Below, piece after piece: positions 25,739-32,000 of a stretch of 32,000 nt of DNA (the first letter of the stretch is position 1; every line of letters begins with the position of its first letter). A program made the translations under genes and the position numbers. The stretch is from Euzebya rosea (GTDB taxonomy: Bacteria; Actinomycetota; Nitriliruptoria; Euzebyales; Euzebyaceae), in contig NZ_PGDQ01000004.1 of NCBI RefSeq assembly GCF_003073135.1, positions 18,363 to 50,362 on the forward strand, read 5' to 3'. A model generated the notes under the pieces. That model did no database searches. It was not told the origin of the DNA and worked only from the letters and a program-made list of their open reading frames with translations.

Positions 25739-27185
25739 GGCGAACTCAACCGGTCGTCGCAACAACCTCGACGTATGGAGGTTGTGATGGTTCGACGGCA
25801 GCAGGCAGCAGATCGGGCGTTGCGTCCGGCGATGCGGTCACCGGGACGGCCGATCCCGGCACGTCATGTGGAACGCGAGTTCTGGCGGCTGATCGCCCAG
25901 GGGCTGAGCACCGAGGACGCCGCGGTCGAGGTCGGCGTGTCGGTTCCCGTCGGTTCACGATGGTTCCGCCACGCTGGCGGCATGACACCGCTGCCGCTTG
26001 CCGAGCCGTCCGGCCGGTACCTGTCGTTCGCCGAGCGCGAAGAGCTGGCGCTGCTCCGCGCCCAGAACCTGGGTGTCCGGGCGATCGCCCGCGAGATGAA
26101 ACGCGATCCGAGCACGATCTCGCGCGAACTGCGCCGCAACGCCGCCACCCGCGGTGGCAAGCTGGACTACCGGGCCAGCGTGGCGCAGTGGAAGGCCCAG
26201 ATGGCAGCCAAGCGCCCGAAGCCGGCGAAGCTGACCACGAACCCGCGGCTGGCCGACTACGTGCGCGAACGACTCAGCGGCGAGCTGACCCGGCCCGACG
26301 GCACGGCTGCGGCCGGCCCCCCGACGACGTGGAAGGGGCTGAACAAGCCGCACCGGTCGGATCGTCGCTGGGCCACCGCGTGGAGCCCGGAGCAGATCTC
26401 CCGGCGGCTGGTCATCGACTTCCCCGATGATGAGGACATGCGCATCAGCCACGAGGCGATCTACCAGGCGCTCTACATCGAAGGGCGGGGTGCGCTGAAG
26501 CGCGCACTGGTCGCCTGCCTGCGGACAGGGCGTGCGCTGCGCAAGCCGCGTGAACGGGCACGCAACCGCCCGCAAGGCCATGTGACCGCCGACGTGGTGC
26601 TGAGCGAACGGCCAGCCGAAGCCGAAGACCGGGCCGTGCCGGGACACTGGGAAGGAGACCTCATCATCGGCCTGCACCGCTCCGCCATCGGCACCGTCGT
26701 GGAACGCAGCAGCCGCTACACCCTTCTCGTGCACCTGCCACGACTTGAGGGGTACGGCATCCAGGCGCCGGTGAAGAACGGGCCGGCGCTTGGCGGCTAC
26801 GGCGCGGTCGCGATGAAGGACGCCCTCGAAGCGACCCTCGCAACGATGCCGCAGGGGTTGGTGCGCTCGCTGACCTGGGACCGCGGCAAGGAGCTGTCCG
26901 CCCACGCGCAGTTTACCATCGACACCGGCGTCGCGGTGTTCTTCGCCGACCCGCACTCACCGTGGCAGCGCGCGACCAACGAGAACACCAACGGGCTGCT
27001 CCGCCAGTACTTCCCCAAGGGCACCGACCTCTCCCGCTGGAGCCTTCAGGACGTCCTCGCCGTCCAAGACGCGCTCAACAGCAGACCCCGGAAGGTCCTC
27101 GGCTGGAAGACCCCCGCCGAAGTCCTCGACGAGCAACTACGCTCTCTGGAACAAGCAGGTGTTGCATCGACTGGTTGAACCTGGG
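25739..27185 (+). mobile_element. IS30-family insertion sequence (copy 2, ~1.45 kb), apparently intact
   Basis: The left end GGCGAACTCAACCGGTCGTCGCAAC (25739-25763) and right end GTTGCATCGACTGGTTGAACCTGGG (27161-27185) are inverted repeats. They are related to each other and to copy 1 (core TCAACCrGTCG..GCAAC). The tips are approximate. Confidence 0.75.
25775..27178 (+). CDS. IS30-family transposase
   Basis: HTH regions: LSTEDAAVEVGVSVPVGSRW and GVRAIAREMKRDPSTISRELRRN. DDE core: HWEGDLIIG...LTWDRGKELS...FADPHSPWQRATNENTNGLLRQYFPKG. The ORF is uninterrupted, and the stop TGA lies inside the right IR. An alternative start is ATG 25787. Confidence 0.88.
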   Translation: MEVVMVRRQQAADRALRPAMRSPGRPIPARHVEREFWRLIAQGLSTEDAAVEVGVSVPVGSRWFRHAGGMTPLPLAEPSGRYLSFAEREELALLRAQNLGVRAIAREMKRDPSTISRELRRNAATRGGKLDYRASVAQWKAQMAAKRPKPAKLTTNPRLADYVRERLSGELTRPDGTAAAGPPTTWKGLNKPHRSDRRWATAWSPEQISRRLVIDFPDDEDMRISHEAIYQALYIEGRGALKRALVACLRTGRALRKPRERARNRPQGHVTADVVLSERPAEAEDRAVPGHWEGDLIIGLHRSAIGTVVERSSRYTLLVHLPRLEGYGIQAPVKNGPALGGYGAVAMKDALEATLATMPQGLVRSLTWDRGKELSAHAQFTIDTGVAVFFADPHSPWQRATNENTNGLLRQYFPKGTDLSRWSLQDVLAVQDALNSRPRKVLGWKTPAEVLDEQLRSLEQAGVASTG

Positions 27186-27626
27186 CCGACGCTGGTCCTG
27201 ATCGAGGACGTAGACGCCCATGCCCCACGTCGCGGCCGGTCCGTCGATGGCCGGCTGGGGGAGTTCCTCAACGCGCTGGACGGGCTAGGGCGAACGGACG
27301 CCCCGGTGGTCACGCTCATGACCACCAACGACCTCCGCGTCCTCGATGAAGCCGCTCGGCGAGCCGGGCGCATCGACGTGGTCATCGAGGTGCCACGCCC
27401 CAACGTCTCGGGACGCGAATCGATCCTCCGTCATCTTTTGGCCAACGTCGATCACACCGTCGATGTCCGCCAGGCCGCGAGAGCCACCGACGGCTGCACC
27501 GCCGCAGACATCCGAGAGTTCGTACGCCGAGCAGCGTTCACCGGCCGAGGCCGCGTCGAACACGACGATGTGATGCGGGAGATCGCCGACTCGCGCGACT
27601 GGGCGCCGGCAGGGGCCTACCTGTGA
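27186..27626 (+). pseudogene. AAA+ ATPase, C-terminal part only (5' end removed at the IS30 boundary)
   Basis: It begins at the IS30 right end with Walker B PTLVLIEDVDA. It continues FLNALDGL, VTLMTTNDLRVLDEAARRAGRIDVVIEVPRP and the lid helix region. Walker A and the N-terminus are absent. Confidence 0.75.
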
Positions 27627-28126
27627 ACGCGGTCAGAGCCGAGCTGCTGTCCCTGCCCGGAACCGGGTTCGACGACGACTGTGCCCGGATCGCCGAGGCG
27701 GCGTACCAAGGTCTCGACGGGACGACCGCTGTCCGGGCGCGGGATTCATTCCAGCGGATGCGCGACACCAGCGGACTGCATCGCATGGGTGCGTTCGCCC
27801 ACGGCGAGCTCCGCGGATTCATTGCGGCAACGACCAACAGCGACTCCCCGTTGGCGTGGCAGGTGTGGTGGCTGGCCGTGCAGACGGGTGATCGCAGACG
27901 GGGCCTTGGTACCCAGCTCATTCGTGATCTTGAGGCCGATGCCCGGAAGGCAGGTGTCGTGCAGTTGTGGCTGTGGACCTGGCAGACCGCCGAGGCGGCG
28001 ATGGCCCTCTACGACGCAGTTGGCTGGCAGAAGTGTGAGCGGGTCGTCGTCGAACTGGAGGGGGATGCGCGAGGGCCCCTCCAGTCCCGATGGGTCTACC
28101 GACGCGAGATCGAGGCTCTCCGGTGA
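27623..28126 (+). CDS. GNAT family N-acetyltransferase
   Basis: The acetyl-CoA binding motif A reads WWLAVQTGDRRRGLGTQLIRDLEADARKAG. It is followed by LWLWTWQTAEAAMALYDAVGW. GTG at 27623 overlaps the AAA+ stop (GTGA). Confidence 0.8.
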   Translation: MNAVRAELLSLPGTGFDDDCARIAEAAYQGLDGTTAVRARDSFQRMRDTSGLHRMGAFAHGELRGFIAATTNSDSPLAWQVWWLAVQTGDRRRGLGTQLIRDLEADARKAGVVQLWLWTWQTAEAAMALYDAVGWQKCERVVVELEGDARGPLQSRWVYRREIEALR

Positions 28127-28728
28127 GTACACAGATCGACCTACCGATCGCCGGCGGAACGGTTCGCGCGGCTGGCGAGCTCGTTCGACGCTACTGCGGG
28201 ATGACCGGAGAGACATGGGCGTACCCGTTCTACGACGCGGTCCCGACCTCGCCGGTGGTCGGTCCGGTCGACTTGCTCGCCGCGGGGATCATGCATGGTC
28301 CCATCCGGCAGGAAGACCTGGAGTGGTTCGTCCAAGTCCGAGATGGCATGCAGCGTCTGGTCGATGCGCTCCCTGACGATACGGGCCTCGATGACGCCGA
28401 TGACGCGACGGTGGACACCCTAACCTCGGGAGTGTTGGACCTGGGTGATGGGCGCCCACCCTCACTGCTGACGAAGATCATCCATCGACATCGGCCGAGG
28501 CTGATCGTCCTGGACGAGCGAGATATCGGTCGTCGCTACGGCTCTGCCATCGATGGACGTGGTCGGCTGCCCTACCCGCGGCTGGTCCACGCCGTCCGGG
28601 AGGACATGCGGCAGCCCGCCGTTCGTGAGGGGCTGGAGGCGATCGGTCGTGAGCTCCGGGGACTGCTCCCAGTGCCCTCACGGCTGCGGATCCTCGACAT
28701 CGCCGTCTGGATGGACGCGCGGCGCTAG
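28123..28728 (+). CDS. DUF6308-like hypothetical protein
   Basis: GTG at 28123 overlaps the GNAT stop (GTGA). The segments LLTKIIHRHRPRLIVLDERDI and LRILDIAVWM resemble the KLLARKRPRLxPxYD ... LRVLDVxxWM pattern I recall for the actinobacterial DUF6308 family. The family name is from memory and unverified. Confidence 0.55.
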   Translation: MSTQIDLPIAGGTVRAAGELVRRYCGMTGETWAYPFYDAVPTSPVVGPVDLLAAGIMHGPIRQEDLEWFVQVRDGMQRLVDALPDDTGLDDADDATVDTLTSGVLDLGDGRPPSLLTKIIHRHRPRLIVLDERDIGRRYGSAIDGRGRLPYPRLVHAVREDMRQPAVREGLEAIGRELRGLLPVPSRLRILDIAVWMDARR

Positions 28729-28822
28729 GCGTGCGCCGTCCGGCAGCGTCCTGGAGTCCGCGGACTCGTGTCACAGGCGAGGGATACCGTGAACCCTGTC
28801 CGCTCGTTCTTGGAGGTGCTCA

Positions 28823-30115
28823 GTGAAGGTTGCCGTGGTCGGGCTGCGGTGGGATGGCACCGCTCGGATCGTGAGGGCCTTGGTGGAGGCTGGACATGAC
28901 GTACTGGCGATCCATGAGGGGGCGATGGACGGAAGCTCGTTGCCGGAGGAGCGGCTTTCCGAACTCCAGCCCGTGGCTGGTCGGTTCACGCTCGTGGGTG
29001 GGGATGGTGGCATCCACGACGAACTTGAGTCAATCGGCTGGAAAGCCGTCTCCCGTCTCGCTGACGGCTGTGACGTCGTTGTCTTGGGACGCTGGTACGG
29101 CTGGCTCGAGCATCATGTTGGCGAGCAAGCGGTGCAGTGGGCTGCCGATACCAGCGTGCACCTCGTGGTCATGGAGTCGGCCAACGTGGTCGTTGACTCC
29201 ACCGTTCGGGCCTTCGCTGACTGGGCAACGCAACACGACGCGGGCAGCCAAGTTCGGTTCGTCCGCGACGTCGAAGACGACTTGGCGCTAGCCGACCTTG
29301 GCTCCCTGAACGCACCAGGCGATGGCATCGGAGAGTTGCTGATCGTCCTAGCCGCGGCCGGCTTCGAATCCACCTCCGCAGCCATCGTGGATGAGCAGCG
29401 CGACCGGCTCCGGTGGGAATGGGGTGTCCCCGTGATCGGGCTCGACTGGGCGGAGGAGGGCTGGGTGGGCGGAGAGAAGTGGCACCTCCGGCTCGGGCCC
29501 TCGCGGGCAGCCCTTCAGCGTGATCACGAAGACGGGGTGGACTGGCATCCACCCGAGGGCATCCCAGCGATGATCCTGAGGGGGACGGACGAGGGCGGCG
29601 ACACCGTCGCAGTGCGTCTCGTCGGTGACACCGATGCGTTCTCCAGCGACGCCTCCCGGACCACCCGGGCTGTACTCAGCTTGCCGACCGGCGAGCTCTT
29701 CGTCGGGCCCGTCGATGCCGGTGAGGACGAGGTCATCGACGTCATCGATATCTCCCCCGGAGACTGGGTCGTCCAGCTCGATGACGAGCCGTGTGGAGCA
29801 CAGATCTTCCCTGCCAGTCCGAGCGTGCGGCAGGCATGGCCCGCATGCCCTGCCTGTGGTGAGCAGGTTGGGTTCTTGGTCAGCGGCATGCCGTCCTCAG
29901 ATCTGCTTCCCGCCGTTGAGCGCGGCGAGGTCAGGCTGGGAGGTTGCATGCCAGCTGTGGGTGGTCCGCCGGACGCGTGTCCTCGGTGCCGGAGCTGGCT
30001 CGCGCCGGTGTACCAGGATGACGCCGACCTCGATGAGGACGATGAGGGAGCGCAGGTCGGCTGGCGGACGCTGCCGTGGTCGGTCGGGTCGTTCGAGTTC
30101 TCCCTTGGGCGGTAG
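28823..30115 (+). CDS. Hypothetical protein (430 aa) with a C-terminal CxxC...CxxC zinc ribbon and an acidic tail
   Basis: GTG at 28823 follows GGAGG. The N-terminus MKVAVVGL...LVEAGHDVLAI resembles a Rossmann-type strand-loop-helix but has no clean GxGxxG. The C-terminus is CPACGEQVGFLVSGMPSSDLLPAVERGEVRLGGCMPAVGGPPDACPRCRSW, followed by DDADLDEDDE. No family recognised. Confidence 0.65.
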   Translation: MKVAVVGLRWDGTARIVRALVEAGHDVLAIHEGAMDGSSLPEERLSELQPVAGRFTLVGGDGGIHDELESIGWKAVSRLADGCDVVVLGRWYGWLEHHVGEQAVQWAADTSVHLVVMESANVVVDSTVRAFADWATQHDAGSQVRFVRDVEDDLALADLGSLNAPGDGIGELLIVLAAAGFESTSAAIVDEQRDRLRWEWGVPVIGLDWAEEGWVGGEKWHLRLGPSRAALQRDHEDGVDWHPPEGIPAMILRGTDEGGDTVAVRLVGDTDAFSSDASRTTRAVLSLPTGELFVGPVDAGEDEVIDVIDISPGDWVVQLDDEPCGAQIFPASPSVRQAWPACPACGEQVGFLVSGMPSSDLLPAVERGEVRLGGCMPAVGGPPDACPRCRSWLAPVYQDDADLDEDDEGAQVGWRTLPWSVGSFEFSLGR

Positions 30116-30149
30116 TTCGCGGCAGGGGGCCCAGCGGGTGAGTGCCACC

Positions 30150-30674
30150 TCAGTTGTGGTCTCGGGTGACGCTGACGTTGTCGAGGCCGAGCTCTGCCAG
30201 CGTCTCCTCCTCGTGGCCTGCGTCTGCCCAAACCGGTCCGGCCGGCAGGCCTTGGATAACGGACAGCCCGCACTCGTCATCGGTCCAGATGGTTGCGATG
30301 CCCCATCCCCAGAGCACCGTCCCTGCTTCACGGTGCTTGACCAGCAGACCCCGGGGCGTCAGCACCCAGCTGCCGGAGGACTGGATCGCTCCTCCGTCAT
30401 GGATTGCGATCGCTCCGGTGCCATGAACCGGGACGAGGTTGCAGCCGTTGTCAGGCATCCGGAGACGCCATCCCTCGGTGACGAGATCCCATGCCTGGGG
30501 GTCCTCGCCCACGAGGGGCATCGCGGCTGGAAGGTCCATCGCCGACAGATGGACCCGCGACCTGCTGCTGTCCGGCCACTGGACCGTGAGCCAGCATCCA
30601 TCGGCGATCAGCTGCAGGCGCCGCCCATCTCGATGATGAAGTTCCCAGTGCTCGACTTGGATGTGCTCGGTCAT
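30150..30674 (-). CDS. Hypothetical protein (174 aa)
   Basis: ATG at 30674 is preceded by GGGAGGA and overlaps the stop of the upstream HTH gene (ATGA). No family recognised. Confidence 0.55.
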   Translation of the reverse strand: MTEHIQVEHWELHHRDGRRLQLIADGCWLTVQWPDSSRSRVHLSAMDLPAAMPLVGEDPQAWDLVTEGWRLRMPDNGCNLVPVHGTGAIAIHDGGAIQSSGSWVLTPRGLLVKHREAGTVLWGWGIATIWTDDECGLSVIQGLPAGPVWADAGHEEETLAELGLDNVSVTRDHN

Positions 30675-31231
30675 GAGTCCTCCCTCGGGAGTGGTGCGCG
30701 TTTGGCGCGGGTGGGCACGAGTCGGGCGCGGCGATTCAGATGGGACAAGCCGTGTCGGCGGGCGTGGAGGGCCACGGTCGGGGCGCTCACCTTCGCCCGT
30801 TGAGCGATCCGTGCGTAGCTCAGGCCGTCCTCGAGCCAGGCCCTGAGATCGATTGGGTTGAGGAGTTCGGCGATCTCGCCGCGACGACGAGCAGCGCCTC
30901 CTCCGCCGGTCCTGGCGATGGTGCACTGCCGGAGTTGAGATGCGGAGATCGGAACGCCTTCCTGGGCAAGCAGTCGGGCGGCACCGGCCCAACTCACACC
31001 GATGCGGTGCTTCTCCACATCCATCGCCGCCCGGATCGGGGTACGGAGCGTGGCTCGCCACAACCCTGCGAGGACCACGTAGGCATGGGCAAGGGCGATC
31101 AGGCGGTCCTTGCCGGCCGGGGCGATCTTGAGTGCCTCGGCCGATCTTCGGACGCTTTCGGAGGCCTCGAGGAGCTGGCGGCTCAATGGGTCAGCTGGCT
31201 CTGAGGTTGCGTGGGGATGGTAGGAGGTCAT
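30671..31231 (-). CDS. Helix-turn-helix protein (186 aa), putative DNA-binding regulator of the accessory island
   Basis: ATG at 31231 is preceded by GGAAGGA. HTH-like segments are LSYARIAQRAKVSAPTVALHARRHGL and VSWAGAARLLAQEGVPISASQL. The + strand ORF 30740..31204 looks like a shadow. Confidence 0.6.
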   Translation of the reverse strand: MTSYHPHATSEPADPLSRQLLEASESVRRSAEALKIAPAGKDRLIALAHAYVVLAGLWRATLRTPIRAAMDVEKHRIGVSWAGAARLLAQEGVPISASQLRQCTIARTGGGGAARRRGEIAELLNPIDLRAWLEDGLSYARIAQRAKVSAPTVALHARRHGLSHLNRRARLVPTRAKRAPLPREDS

Positions 31232-31378
31232 GGGTCTTCCTTCCTGCGGGCGTTATTAACGACACACCTGACGCTAGATGGGGTCGGCGACACGTTCGTC
31301 CCCGGGGCGGGTTGCCGGACCTGACCAGGATCTCGGGCGCTGCGTGGGGCGAGTTGTCGATCAGCTACTGTCGCGCCA

Positions 31379-31710
31379 TGACTGATGACAAGGGAATCCC
31401 GTCGATAGGTCGGGAGTTCTGGTCTGACATCAAGGTGCTCGAAGTTCTCCGGTCCCTTGCGCTGCAACACGGCCGCGGCGATGGCTTGGACCAGCTGCTT
31501 GTTGCCTTCGCTGCCGAGGAGGCTGCCCGCGACTTTGTCTCCACGGTGGTTGCACAGGTACTGAACGAGGGGCACACGTGGGCCGGGATTGCAGACCGAG
31601 TTCATCTCTCCAGGCCCGCTGTAGCGCAGCGATACGACGCCCGACAGCGAATTGCCAATCGCGAGCGACAGGCAAAGCGTGTGGCGGAGTCGCGCCCGAA
31701 GACTCCGTGA
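31379..31710 (+). CDS. Small putative HTH protein (110 aa), divergent from the 186-aa HTH gene
   Basis: The segment HTWAGIADRVHLSRPAVAQRY looks like a classical HTH (xWxxIAxxLGxSRxAAxQRx type). The competing antisense ORF 31228..31770 shares third codon positions, so composition cannot discriminate between them. The minus-strand product is Ser/Arg/Pro-rich and less protein-like. No clear RBS. Confidence 0.45.
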
Positions 31711-31861
31711 CTCCTCGGGGTTGGATGGACTCGCCCGGAGCACGGCAGCGAGGTCAGAAGGCCGGTCCAAGTGCGCAGGACATCCACCGAGCTTTCTGCG
31801 ACAGGAATGCCGCCACCTTGCCGATGACTAGTACATGTCTTGGTCCGGTACTGAACAGGGT

Positions 31862-31966
31862 GGGGGTGAACCGACTCCCCGGCGGCGGGAGGGTGAACCC
31901 AGCTCCCCCGTTTGTGCTGGAAAAACCGGCAGTTGGTTCACCCCCTCACGCGTGATGGTTCACCCC
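31862..31966. repeat. Four copies of a GGGG(G)TGAACC-core repeat, two direct followed by two inverted
   Basis: The copies are gggggtgaaccgactcccc (31862-31880, +), gggtgaacccagctccccc (31891-31909, +), ggttcaccccc (31935-31945, which is gggggtgaacc on the minus strand) and ggttcacccc (31957-31966, minus). The flanking AAAACCG(G)CAG is also repeated (about 31922-31932 and 31973-31982). Confidence 0.7.
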
Positions 31967-32000
31967 TTGCTTAAAACCGCAGGTCAGGATATGTTTGCTC

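Noticed and set aside
28789-28796. GTGAACCC upstream of the 430-aa gene as another copy of the GGGGGTGAACC repeat
   Set aside because: Only a 7-8 nt match without the G-run. Several such matches are expected by chance in a window this size. Coding-region hits at 7138, 8551 and 16552 were dismissed for the same reason.
31228-31770. 180-aa minus-strand ORF overlapping the small HTH gene
   Set aside because: It shares third codon positions with the plus-strand ORF, so composition is uninformative. Its product is Ser/Arg/Pro-rich with no motif, whereas the plus-strand product has an HTH-like segment. The call remains low-confidence.

Overview
High-GC (roughly 70%) actinobacterial-type window with three parts.

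(1) Left, 1-9.6 kb. A truncated 5' copy of a class I fructose-bisphosphate aldolase gene is followed by a decayed conjugative-element remnant: a nucleotidyltransferase fragment and a multiply disrupted type IV coupling protein gene. The intact aldolase comes next. It converges on an rpe-glpX-LuxR response regulator-GAF histidine kinase operon. An orphan 270-aa ORF and an AraC regulator complete this part.

(2) Centre, 9.7-23.1 kb. A 14-gene, same-strand, translationally coupled [NiFe]-hydrogenase cluster of the cytosolic, TAT-less Huc/group-2a-like kind. Gene order is DUF1641 protein, hypA, hypB, small subunit, large subunit, endopeptidase, 78-aa ORF, TPR protein, NifU-Rieske fusion, six-bladed NHL propeller, hypF, hypC, hypD, hypE.

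(3) Right, 23.1-32 kb. An IS graveyard comes first: a dead IS3-family element carrying a nested IS30-family copy and truncated by a second IS30-family copy. A visibly less GC-biased accessory island follows. It holds an IS-truncated AAA+ ATPase, a GNAT and a DUF6308-like protein (a coupled trio), a 430-aa zinc-ribbon protein, and a divergent set of small HTH genes. The window ends in a cluster of GGGGGTGAACC repeats.

I saw no rRNA, tRNA or CRISPR array. Many long ORFs in the six-frame track are antisense shadows typical of high-GC DNA. All family assignments come from reading motifs by eye, not from database searches.
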